From Dehalococcoidia bacterium (GTDB lineage: Bacteria > Chloroflexota > Dehalococcoidia > SZUA-161): a stretch of 32,052 bases of DNA. Under the pieces are notes generated by a model that worked only from the letters and a program-made list of their open reading frames with translations, was not told the origin of the DNA and searched no databases. Below, in pieces: positions 23,479 to 31,443 of the stretch. Position 1 is the first letter of the stretch; each line of letters opens with the position of its first letter. The stretch is from contig DAOUMT010000071.1 of assembly GCA_034409195.1 (NCBI GenBank), positions 1 to 32,052 of the forward strand, in the 5' to 3' direction. The position numbers and the translations under genes are program-made.

Positions 23479-25222
23479 TTATAATATCATGTCTGCGCAA
23501 TACTCCCAATAGTCGTGTGCGGTCTTGGCGGTCTACTACGGGTATTCGCCCTACGTCCTTAGCGCCAAGCTTCATCAGGGCATCATATACAGATTGATCG
23601 GGATAAGCTACCATGGGCGACTTTGTGGCGATATCAGAAACCATCAAGTTAGGTATTTTGCTATGCCTGGAAGCTTCGACATCGGTCAAAGTAACTACCC
23701 CGAGGAGATGACCATCCTCATCAACGACGGGGAACCCGTGATGGCCCGTCTCGGCAAGCTTTGTAACCAGCTCGTTAACAGGCATTGTGTGAGGAACTGT
23801 AGGGAAATCACGCGTCATTGCCTCTTCAACAGTAATGGTTTTCATCAAAGGCACTACTTCCTCTTCATGAATATCCACGCCGCTCTGCTGTAGTATAAGA
23901 GTGTATATTGAATATTTGCTGAAAGCCCGTGCAGTTAGCATAGCGACAACAACGGCCGTCATTAAAGGCAATAGTAATTGAATATCACGTGTCATCTCAA
24001 CCAGGAGCACGATAGCGGTAATCGGACCATGCACCGCAGCGGCAAAAAATGCCGCCATACCAATCAGAGAATATGCCCCAGTATTGGATATTAAACTAGG
24101 GAAAAGCCTACCCGCTAACAAAGCAAACACCCCACCGAGCGCAGCTCCGATAAACAGAGAAGGTGCGAAGACACCACCACTACCCCCACTGCCAAGGGAA
24201 ACAGATGTTGCTATTATCTTCAGGAACAGAAGTGCAATAAGGACGCCAAGCGCTATTTGGCCCGCCAGCATTTTATCCACCGGGCCCGAGTTAAAGAACA
24301 CTCCACCCATCCCGTAGCTGCCTCCGTAACCCACGCCGAAGATTCCGGAATAGTAGTAGCCCATAGCTCCAATGGCGATGCCACCCAGTGCGGGTTTAAG
24401 CAATGCAGGAACTTTAACAGAGTTAAAGAAACGTTCAATCCCCCAAAAGAAACGGGCAAATCCGACTGCCAGGAGACCAGCCAAAAGTCCAAGAATGATG
24501 TACGGCACTATCTCCCAGTAATTGCCAAATGTATATTGCTTTACGGTGAAAGAAGGGTTGGCCCCCAAAAATATCCAAGAGATATATGACGCAGCAATGG
24601 CGCTGACCACGACATTGAACAAGCGACGGGTGGTTACGCGACGTGAGATGACTTCCAGGGCAAAGAAGACGCCCCCCAGAGGAGCATTAAAGGTTGCTGC
24701 TACGCCTCCGGCAGCCCCGCAGAGCACAAGAGTCTTCACCCATTCGTCAGGTAATTTAAACCAACGCCCCACGGCAGACCCGGCGGACGCGCCAATTGAT
24801 ATGACGGGGCCCTCACGGCCTACTGAACCGCCACTGCCAATACAGATTGAGGAGGCCAAAGCCGTCACTGCCCCGACCCTGGCGCGAATCCGGCCCCCAC
24901 CAACAACCACCGCCTTGATTACATTAGGAGAACCATCGCCCTTGGCCTCGCGAGCCAGGAAATAAATTATCGGGGCCAAGGCAAGGCCGCCAATAATAGG
25001 CAGTATGATAACATAGTAATTACCCAGAGCCGAGAAGGCTTCAGCACCCTTGGCAAAGAAGACCCACTGAAAGCCTTTTATCATCCACCTGAAAGCTACT
25101 GTCCCTAGGCCAGCAGCAACTCCGACAGCTATAGCTAGAGCCAGCCCTCTTGTTGACTCAGATGGACTCAGCCGACCCAGGATATGCTGCAGCCGCTCTA
25201 CTATTGTTTCATGTGATTTCAT
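23435..25222 (-). CDS. ClC-family chloride channel / H+-Cl- antiporter with C-terminal CBS-domain pair
   Basis: 595 aa. GSGGSVGREGP, GGVFFALE, GSGGSGGVFAPSLFIGA are the ClC selectivity motifs. The C-terminal ~130 aa carry two CBS repeats (..HGFPVVDEDGHLLGVVT.., ..GRIPVVDRQD..LLGVL). Confidence 0.9.
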   Translation of the reverse strand: MKSHETIVERLQHILGRLSPSESTRGLALAIAVGVAAGLGTVAFRWMIKGFQWVFFAKGAEAFSALGNYYVIILPIIGGLALAPIIYFLAREAKGDGSPNVIKAVVVGGGRIRARVGAVTALASSICIGSGGSVGREGPVISIGASAGSAVGRWFKLPDEWVKTLVLCGAAGGVAATFNAPLGGVFFALEVISRRVTTRRLFNVVVSAIAASYISWIFLGANPSFTVKQYTFGNYWEIVPYIILGLLAGLLAVGFARFFWGIERFFNSVKVPALLKPALGGIAIGAMGYYYSGIFGVGYGGSYGMGGVFFNSGPVDKMLAGQIALGVLIALLFLKIIATSVSLGSGGSGGVFAPSLFIGAALGGVFALLAGRLFPSLISNTGAYSLIGMAAFFAAAVHGPITAIVLLVEMTRDIQLLLPLMTAVVVAMLTARAFSKYSIYTLILQQSGVDIHEEEVVPLMKTITVEEAMTRDFPTVPHTMPVNELVTKLAETGHHGFPVVDEDGHLLGVVTLTDVEASRHSKIPNLMVSDIATKSPMVAYPDQSVYDALMKLGAKDVGRIPVVDRQDRTRLLGVLRRHDIINAYKKRVAGDIPSE

Positions 25223-25231
25223 TGGCCAGGA

Positions 25232-26935
25232 CTAGCCTTGCAATAGCTTATGAATTGCGCTCACCGCCACCTCATTCTGGACATCGTCGCGAACCACCGG
25301 CTGGCCGATGCCGCGAAGCAAGACCCATCTCACCCTCTTCCGCCTTACCTTCTTATCCAGCTCCATTGATTGAAGCAAACGCCCGGTATCTACTTCAGAG
25401 AAACCCGCGGGCAAACCAAATCTTTCCAGCAATGCTTTCTGCCTATCAACCACCTTCTGCACCAAAAGCCCCATCTCTTGACTGACCATAGCTGCCCCCA
25501 TCATCCCGATGGCAACAGCTTCGCCATGGAGAAAACGCCCGTAGTTCGTGGCTGCCTCCAGCCCGTGAGCGATAGTGTGCCCGTAATTCAAGATAATCCG
25601 CATCCCCTGTTCCTTCTCATCCTCGCTCACTATTTTAGCCTTGATAGCGGCGCTGCGTACTACCACATCGCTGGTAGCCGCTCTCTCCAGAGCAAGCAGC
25701 TTCTCTGTCTGCTCTTCAAGCAGCTCCAGTAGCCGGAGGTCGCGTATCATGGCATGTTTAATAACCTCGGCCCAGCCTGAGACCAGCTCACGCTTGGGCA
25801 GGGTAGTCAGAGTCTGTGGGTCAGCTACGACAACACGCGGCTGATAGAAGGCTCCAATCAGATTCTTGCCCTGGGGATGATTCACTGCAACTTTACCACC
25901 GATAGCTGAATCGACCATTCCAATCAAGCTGGTCGGCACCTGGACCAGAGGCAAACCGCGAGCGAAAGTAGCAGCCACGAACCCGGCGAGGTCTCCCACT
26001 ACACCCCCGCCCAGAGCAACTATGTTATCACCACGCTCGGCACGGCAATCAACCAGCCAGTCATAGATTTTGACCGCCGTTTCAAAGGACTTGCTCCGCT
26101 CACCCTGGGAGACCACCAGGGAGTTTACCGTAAAGCCAGCGCCCTCCAAAATTTTGGTAACTCTGGTACCGTACAGCGGGAATACTCCGTCATCGCTCAC
26201 AATATGGGCTGTGCCCGAGAGACCGGCGTTGCGCATCCGTTTCCCCAGCTCCTCGAGAATCCCCCAGCTTACGAACACAGGATAGCTTTCCGTGGCAGTG
26301 GTTACCACGCAAGCAGCGCCCCTCTGCTCGCAGTAAGGAGCATCGGATTCCCGGGCATCGGGGAGGGCTGGCAAAGCAGCGCTGCCCCTCCTCCCATATC
26401 TCCAACCCAAGATAACCTGATCAGCCGCTTCCTCCACAGTCAAATTGTCGGTATGCACTGTCCAGTCGGCAAGAGCGTCGTAATAAAGCTGGCGAAATTC
26501 CTTCAGCCATTCAATGCGTTTCAACGGCTCCGAACCGGCAAGAAGAGGCCTGGGCTCCCGATTTGTGGTGTTTTCAGCGTCCTTGAGCAGTCTTTGATAT
26601 ATGGTGGCTGGCTTCGCCTCAAGGCAGACGATCACCCCGCTGTCCATCATTACCTCACGATTAACGGCGCTCAGAACAGCGCCGCCGCCAGTGGCAATGA
26701 CTGTATTGCTTGCCTGACATACATGCTTCAGCACCTTATTTTCCAGCTCGCGGAATCGCTCCTCTCCATCCCTGGCAAATATCTCAGAGATAGGCTTACC
26801 GCAAGAACGCACAATCTCCTCATCGATATCGATGAACTTCCAGCCCAATTTCCAGGCTACTTTCTGACCTACCTTTGTTTTACCGGTATATGAGAAACCG
26901 GTCAGGATAATGTTTCCAGCAGCTTTTTCACCCAC
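25232..26935 (-). CDS. aroKB: Bifunctional shikimate kinase / 3-dehydroquinate synthase (AroK-AroB fusion)
   Basis: 567 aa. The N-terminal ~190 aa hold ILTGFSYTGKTKVG (P-loop), FIDIDEEI and ATGGGAV (AroK). The rest holds ..IVALGGGVVGDLAGFVAATF.RG..LVQVPT.L..MVDS.IGGK.., ..LNYGHT..H.. (AroB). Confidence 0.9.
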   Translation of the reverse strand: MGEKAAGNIILTGFSYTGKTKVGQKVAWKLGWKFIDIDEEIVRSCGKPISEIFARDGEERFRELENKVLKHVCQASNTVIATGGGAVLSAVNREVMMDSGVIVCLEAKPATIYQRLLKDAENTTNREPRPLLAGSEPLKRIEWLKEFRQLYYDALADWTVHTDNLTVEEAADQVILGWRYGRRGSAALPALPDARESDAPYCEQRGAACVVTTATESYPVFVSWGILEELGKRMRNAGLSGTAHIVSDDGVFPLYGTRVTKILEGAGFTVNSLVVSQGERSKSFETAVKIYDWLVDCRAERGDNIVALGGGVVGDLAGFVAATFARGLPLVQVPTSLIGMVDSAIGGKVAVNHPQGKNLIGAFYQPRVVVADPQTLTTLPKRELVSGWAEVIKHAMIRDLRLLELLEEQTEKLLALERAATSDVVVRSAAIKAKIVSEDEKEQGMRIILNYGHTIAHGLEAATNYGRFLHGEAVAIGMMGAAMVSQEMGLLVQKVVDRQKALLERFGLPAGFSEVDTGRLLQSMELDKKVRRKRVRWVLLRGIGQPVVRDDVQNEVAVSAIHKLLQG

Positions 26936-27753
26936 TGAACGCCCTCAATATAATTATAATTCCCCAAAGCCTCGGGATAAAAGCGCTGGCTTTCGAAGAT
27001 AATGGGAAGCGAATTTCTCATCGGGCCCATTATCTGTAAAACCCGCGCAATGTCCACCCAGCCTTCTTCAGCGCTCTGGCTGGGGTGCACCGGGATATGC
27101 CGGAAGGCCTGATAGTCATCCTTGTTACGGATATTCCAGAGATGGACAGAGCCCAGATATGGCACAAGCTCAGCTTCGAAAGCATAGAGGTCAAAACCGT
27201 TTTGTATCGCAGCCAGATGGGTATGCGCAGTATCGAAACAATACCTCAGCGGAGGAGAATATTCCTTAAGCACATGCCTGAGGAATTCGGCGTTAATTAA
27301 AGCACTTGCCCCCACACCCTCCAGATGGATGGGAATCCCCCTTTTGAGGCTGAGCTCGGCAAGTCGATCGCTGCTCTTCCAGGCAATCGCTTCGACCTTT
27401 GACCCGTCTTCGTCCGATTCCTCCGAGGTCGGTGAGGGGAAATGAACCACCGCGTATTCTGCCCCGAACTCCTCAGCCTGCTCCATGGTCAGGGTTACCA
27501 TCTTCATGGTCAGCTCCCTTTTGTCCCTGTCCAGGTCGCAAAGGAACGACCAAGTGTGAGGCCTGGGGTACCACTCGAGCTGAATCAATGGAGCATGTAT
27601 GCTCCAAGCAAGGTTGTGGAGCCTGAGCAATCGCTTGAGCCTGGGGAGCTCGCCAGGGGGCAGATTATAGAACTCACCACGGCGAAGGCCGTTGCCGATA
27701 ATCATCTCATCGAAAAGGTCAAGGTTATGACAGTGAAAGCCGAGATTGCTCAT
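26902..27753 (-). CDS. Xylose-isomerase-like TIM-barrel protein (sugar phosphate isomerase/epimerase, AP_endonuc_2 fold), function unknown
   Basis: ATG 27753 (MSNLGFHCH...) lies 1 nt after the aroC stop (TGATATG). The track start at 27810 would overlap aroC. Strand-end motifs WSIHAP, YAVVHFP, IPIHLEG, CFDTAHTHL, VHLWN, IIFES fit this metal-dependent TIM-barrel family. Confidence 0.75.
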   Translation of the reverse strand: MSNLGFHCHNLDLFDEMIIGNGLRRGEFYNLPPGELPRLKRLLRLHNLAWSIHAPLIQLEWYPRPHTWSFLCDLDRDKRELTMKMVTLTMEQAEEFGAEYAVVHFPSPTSEESDEDGSKVEAIAWKSSDRLAELSLKRGIPIHLEGVGASALINAEFLRHVLKEYSPPLRYCFDTAHTHLAAIQNGFDLYAFEAELVPYLGSVHLWNIRNKDDYQAFRHIPVHPSQSAEEGWVDIARVLQIMGPMRNSLPIIFESQRFYPEALGNYNYIEGVQWVKKLLETLS

Positions 27754-27754
27754 A

Positions 27755-28906
27755 TCACTTTCTGGGGCCTGTTGATTTGAGATAGCCCCGATAGTTGCGC
27801 AGGGTCTCATCTATGTGGTCGCCGCCGAATTTCTCCAGCACTGCCTCGGCAAATACAATAGCCAGCATCGCCTCCCCGATAACGCCCGCTGCGGGGACGA
27901 CGCAGATATCGCTCCGTTCGATATGGGCCTCGACTTTTTTGCCCGTACGCAAATCGACCGATGGTAAAGGCCTGGTCATAGTAGGGATGGGTTTGACTGC
28001 GGCGCGCACAACTATGGGCTCGCCATTGCTCATACCGCCCTCGATGCCACCGGCCCTGTTGGTGACATGCCGCCAGCCGTGTTTCGCATCGAGCTCGATT
28101 ATATCGTGTACCCGAGAGCCGGGAAGGTCTGCTACAGAGAAGCCAGCGCCTATCTCCACGCCCTTTACAGCATTTATGCTCATAATAGCCCGGGCTACCC
28201 TGCCATTAAGCTTGCGGTCCCAGTGAACATGGCTGCCCAGTCCGATAGGAACGCCGGCAGCGATTGCCTCGAAGGCTCCCCCCAGGCTATTACCCGCCTT
28301 TTGGGCTTCGTCAATCGCCGCTAGCATGGCCTTCTCCGCCTTTTTATCAGCACAGCGAACGAGTGACTTCTCCACCTTCGACCAGTCTACTTTCTCGACC
28401 TGCTTAACCCAGCGCCCGCCGATGCAGACGGTGTGGCTGTGTATCTCGACACCAAACTCGTCGAGCAGTTTGCGGGCGACAGCCCCTACAACGACGCGGC
28501 TTGCGGTCTCCCGGGCGCTGGCACGCTCCAGAATAGGACGGACATCGTCGAGGTTGTATTTCATCGTGCCTGCGAGGTCAGCGTGTCCGGGGCGGAGTCG
28601 GGTAACAGGATCAATCTCCTGCTTGACAGGAGAGACGCTCATTATATCCTGCCAGTTTTCCCAGTCCCGGTTCCGGATGAGCAGCGAGATAGGGCTGCCC
28701 AGGGTGAGGCCGTGACGCACTCCTGAAATTATCTCGGCGCGGTCCTGCTCGATTTTCATGCGGCTGCCCCGACCATAGCCCTTTTGACGCCGCGCCAGAT
28801 CTCGGGCGATGTAGTCTTCACCCAAGGCCAGCCCGGCGGGCACGCCCTCGACTATGGCCACCAGACCCTTACCATGTGATTCACCCGCGGTTAAAAAACG
28901 AAACAT
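27755..28906 (-). CDS. aroC: Chorismate synthase
   Basis: 383 aa. MFRFLTAGESHGKGL..., ..RPGHAD.., ..GRSSARET-like SARETASRV.., ..GGISNG-like GGMSNGEPI.. AGGTGAT lies 8 nt upstream of the ATG. Confidence 0.95.
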   Translation of the reverse strand: MFRFLTAGESHGKGLVAIVEGVPAGLALGEDYIARDLARRQKGYGRGSRMKIEQDRAEIISGVRHGLTLGSPISLLIRNRDWENWQDIMSVSPVKQEIDPVTRLRPGHADLAGTMKYNLDDVRPILERASARETASRVVVGAVARKLLDEFGVEIHSHTVCIGGRWVKQVEKVDWSKVEKSLVRCADKKAEKAMLAAIDEAQKAGNSLGGAFEAIAAGVPIGLGSHVHWDRKLNGRVARAIMSINAVKGVEIGAGFSVADLPGSRVHDIIELDAKHGWRHVTNRAGGIEGGMSNGEPIVVRAAVKPIPTMTRPLPSVDLRTGKKVEAHIERSDICVVPAAGVIGEAMLAIVFAEAVLEKFGGDHIDETLRNYRGYLKSTGPRK

Positions 28907-28967
28907 TTGAACTCATCACCTGTCTGCCAAATTTCAAAAGGAGCCAAGCTTTTACTGCAATATCATG

Positions 28968-28996
28968 ATTATCTCAGAAGAGCAAAGTCCTGTAAA
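28968..28996 (-). promoter_or_regulatory. Sigma70-like promoter TTTACA-17 nt-GATAAT upstream of aroC
   Basis: Read on the minus strand: -35 at 28991-28996, -10 at 28968-28973. It lies ~60 nt upstream of ATG 28906 and immediately downstream of repeat copy A. Confidence 0.4.
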
Positions 28997-29048
28997 TGCC
29001 CCATAAGTTCTCTGCACGAAGCAAAGGCAGCCCTCATACAAACGTTTT

Positions 29049-29166
29049 GGGGCGTTCAGTCGAACGCCCCTACATTTACTCCTATATACCATTAGTTTAT
29101 TATGCCACTAACGCTGGTGTATGTCATCCCTGCTTTCGCAGGAATCTTGAGCCCCTGGATTCCCGC
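29049..29166 (+). repeat. Composite ~115-nt repeat, copy A (REP-like hairpin + CTACATTTACTCC... + two TGCTTTCGCAGG-type hairpins)
   Basis: Aligns by eye with 29972-30087 over its whole length (scattered mismatches, two 1-nt gaps). Hairpin 29049-29057 / 29062-29070. Spurious track ORFs (…CHPCFRRNLEPLDSRFRWNDI) are read through it. Confidence 0.7.
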
Positions 29167-29200
29167 TTTCGCTGGAATGATATTTAAGAGCAGTCTTGAT

Positions 29201-29233
29201 GGGTGGATGAAGTCCGCCTGGACTGATCCACCC
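29201..29233. repeat. Long imperfect hairpin GGGTGGAT-ga-AGTCC-gcct-GGACT-g-ATCCACCC followed by TAC
   Basis: Read directly (8+5 bp stem). It lies 43 nt downstream (minus sense) of the toxin stop and has the same 'palindrome + (C)CCTAC' layout as the other REP-like units. Confidence 0.4.
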
Positions 29234-29275
29234 TACTTCAATACCTATTAGGGATTCTTGAGACACTCATCATGA

Positions 29276-29506
29276 TTATCCACAACGCATAATAAAAATT
29301 TCACCACGCCGCTCAAACGTCATACGGTATTTAGAATCAACATAAGCCTCGAAAATACCTTTTACTCCCTCCAACGGATGGCTTCGTAGCCCAGGGTGCC
29401 TGAAGTCAGACTCGAGCAAAAAAAGAGTCCTATCAACTTTCTTCTGTATGGTTTTGGGCAATTTCTCATACTGTCTAACAAAACACACAGTGAAACGGAT
29501 AGGCAT
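29276..29506 (-). CDS. RelE/ParE-superfamily toxin (type II TA), possibly C-terminally truncated
   Basis: 76 aa. F..QYEKLPKTIQKKVDRTLFLLESDFRHPGLRSHPLEG.KGIFEAYVDSKYRMTFERRGEIFIMRCG fits the family pattern (..L.....l..dp.hP.L...kL.g....w...v...yR..f). It starts 6 nt after the antitoxin stop. Confidence 0.75.
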   Translation of the reverse strand: MPIRFTVCFVRQYEKLPKTIQKKVDRTLFLLESDFRHPGLRSHPLEGVKGIFEAYVDSKYRMTFERRGEIFIMRCG

Positions 29507-29512
29507 CGCTAT

Positions 29513-29824
29513 CTAAACCTTGCGAGTCGCTCCCGAACCCTTGCCCGCTCTTCTGTGAAGGAAATCTACAGCTTCCTTAGCGCTACCAAAGCTGTGAACA
29601 CGCCCAGCGCGAATATCCTCCTCAGCTTCCTTCTCTCCTTCCTGCCAGCGCCTGGTCCAAAACCATGTCTGGTCTTTATCTACCAGCTTCTTCACACGCA
29701 GCACAATCTCACCGTCCTTGACCTTTACGTCAAGAAAATCCCCTTCCTCAATATTCAGAGCCTGGCGGGCGGAGCGAGGCAAGGTAACCTGTGCCTTTCT
29801 GCGTACCTGAATTAATTCCGCCAT
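29513..29824 (-). CDS. AbrB/MazE/SpoVT-family antitoxin
   Basis: The internal ATG 29824 is preceded by GAAGGAGATTAAA. MAELIQVRRKAQVTLPRSARQALNIEEGDFLDVKVKDGEIVLRVKK is a SpoVT-AbrB swapped-hairpin domain. The track start at 29905 lies upstream of the predicted promoter. Confidence 0.8.
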   Translation of the reverse strand: MAELIQVRRKAQVTLPRSARQALNIEEGDFLDVKVKDGEIVLRVKKLVDKDQTWFWTRRWQEGEKEAEEDIRAGRVHSFGSAKEAVDFLHRRAGKGSGATRKV

Positions 29825-29870
29825 TTTAATCTCCTTCAGTGGTCTGACTGTCATACTTTCCGACAGGCAT

Positions 29871-29899
29871 ACTATAGCACAATAAAAATATGATTTCAA
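29871..29899 (-). promoter_or_regulatory. Sigma70-like promoter TTGAAA-17 nt-TATAGT for the TA operon, followed by a CTGTC-n9-GACAG inverted repeat (29848-29866)
   Basis: Read on the minus strand: -35 at 29894-29899, -10 at 29871-29876. The small IR sits between the -10 and the SD, as expected for antitoxin autoregulation. Confidence 0.4.
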
Positions 29900-29971
29900 T
29901 AACAAAAAAGCATATTATGAACCAGTGCTCCTAACGAAAATCTAAAGGTTTGACACTATTATAAACGCATA

Positions 29972-30087
29972 AGGGCGTTCGGCGAACGCCCCTACATTTA
30001 CTCCTACATGTATTAGATTATTATGTCATCAACGCCGGTGTATGCCATCCCTGCTTTCGCAGGAATTTGCAGCACCTGGATTCCCGT
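29972..30087 (+). repeat. Composite ~115-nt repeat, copy B
   Basis: See copy A. Hairpin 29973-29980 / 29984-29991 + CTACATTTACTCCTACATG..., ...GGTGTATGCCATCCCTGCTTTCGCAGGAAT...CCTGGATTCCCG. It lies 20 nt downstream (minus sense) of the aroE stop. Confidence 0.7.
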
Positions 30088-30106
30088 CCCCTTTGGGGGG
30101 TTACTC

Positions 30107-30967
30107 TCACTTTGTCAGAGCCCTCTTCGCCTCTCTCATCATTATGTCAACTGGTGCTGCTTGGCCTGTCCACAGCTCGAACGATGCCGCACCCTGATAC
30201 ACCAGCATGGGCAGACCGCCCAGCGTACGCGCCCCGGCTTTTTTAGCTGCTGCAATCAGCGGCGTCTCTACTGGATTATATACCACATCGTAAACCAGCG
30301 CCCGCTTGGGAATCAGCCCCATACTAAGCGGAGATTTACCTTCGTTGGCACTATTTTTCATACCCACCGACGTACAGTTGACCAGCAGGTCGCACCCAGA
30401 AAGCGCAGTCAGGGTCTTGCCATCCTTCCATGATAAGGCTATGACTTCGATATCGGAGACCTTGAGGTCCCACTTGATATCCAACGCCAGTTCTCTGCCT
30501 CTTTCAATGCTGCGGTTTAGGATAACCAGAGACCTGACCCCGGCATCTATCAGGGCGAAGCTTACCGCCCGCGCTGCTCCACCTGCGCCGATAAGGACAG
30601 CCCGCTTGTCCTTGGGGTCAAACCCGCCTTCCTCTTCAAGAGCCCTGATAAATCCGCTGGCATCGGTATTATAGCCAACGAGCTTGTCATCTCTTTTCGC
30701 TATGGTGTTCACCGCACCGATGCGGCGGGCGTCCTTGTCCACTTTGTTCAGAAGCGACAGCACAGCTTCTTTGTATGGTATAGTGACATTGGCGCCAAGC
30801 TTCGAAGCATCTCGCAATCCTTCCACTATATCAGGCAGCTCATCCTTAGCTGTTTCCCATACCTCGTAGCGAATATCGAGTCCCATATACTCGAAAGCAG
30901 CCTGTTGAAACTGCCGCGAGATAGAGTGACTCAGCTTATGCCCGATGAGACCAACAAACTTTGTCAT
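30107..30967 (-). CDS. aroE: Shikimate dehydrogenase
   Basis: 286 aa. GLIGHKLSHSISRQFQQAAF, ..NVTIPYKE.., ..GAVNTI.., ..GYNTD..GF.., LIGAGGAARAV. Confidence 0.92.
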   Translation of the reverse strand: MTKFVGLIGHKLSHSISRQFQQAAFEYMGLDIRYEVWETAKDELPDIVEGLRDASKLGANVTIPYKEAVLSLLNKVDKDARRIGAVNTIAKRDDKLVGYNTDASGFIRALEEEGGFDPKDKRAVLIGAGGAARAVSFALIDAGVRSLVILNRSIERGRELALDIKWDLKVSDIEVIALSWKDGKTLTALSGCDLLVNCTSVGMKNSANEGKSPLSMGLIPKRALVYDVVYNPVETPLIAAAKKAGARTLGGLPMLVYQGAASFELWTGQAAPVDIMMREAKRALTK

Positions 30968-31005
30968 GATAAGATTCGCACCTGCGGAAAGCTAGGAACA
31001 GGTTT

Positions 31006-31443
31006 TTAGTCCTGACCAGGGCTACGATTTTTCTCCCGGTCGAGGTAGCCCTGCAAAATGAATGCCGCCGCCAGAGAGTCACGATGTTTCCTTTTTTTGT
31101 CCCACTTCATCCCCATCTCCAGCATAGTCCTATCGGCAGCAACCGTGGACAGCCGCTCATCCCAGGTAATTACCGGAATATCTATGCTTTTTTCCAGCGA
31201 ATCGACGAATGACTGCACAGCCTGCGCCTGCTTGCCCAGACTGCCGTCCAGCGAGCGGGGCATTCCTACGACGATGCGCGCCACTTCGTTCTCGCGGGCA
31301 TTGTCGATTATCTGCTTTATGGCAGCTTCGTCCGTTGTCCTCTCAATCACTGCGAGAGCGCCTGCCATAATACCGAGGGGGTCGCTAAGCGCCACGCCGA
31401 TATGCTTCTCACCTATGTCAAGACCCATCACACGAGAATGCAA
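31006..31443 (-). CDS. ruvX: Putative pre-16S rRNA nuclease / Holliday-junction-resolvase-like protein YqgF
   Basis: MGLDIGEKHIGVALSD..., ..IVVGMPRSLDG..G.QA.., ..V..WDERLST..A, ..DSLAAAFILQGYLD. The track start is TTG 31443 (GAGGGG 8 nt upstream). ATG 31428 is an alternative. Confidence 0.9.
   Translation of the reverse strand: MHSRVMGLDIGEKHIGVALSDPLGIMAGALAVIERTTDEAAIKQIIDNARENEVARIVVGMPRSLDGSLGKQAQAVQSFVDSLEKSIDIPVITWDERLSTVAADRTMLEMGMKWDKKRKHRDSLAAAFILQGYLDREKNRSPGQD

Noticed and set aside
26204-26893. 229-aa + strand ORF
   Set aside because: It is antisense to the AroK-AroB fusion gene.
28996-29187. 63-aa ORF (…CHPCFRRNLEPLDSRFRWNDI), and the N-terminus of 30023..30433 (…VYAIPAFAGICSTWIPVPFGG)
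   Set aside because: Both are read-throughs of the two copies of the 115-nt repeat. Peptides of the 'IPAFAG / DSRFRxND' type are well-known artefacts of hairpin repeats.
29049-30087. Possible CRISPR array, because of two similar direct repeats
   Set aside because: There are only two copies, each ~115 nt long and ~920 nt apart, with a TA operon in between. There is no regular repeat-spacer periodicity.
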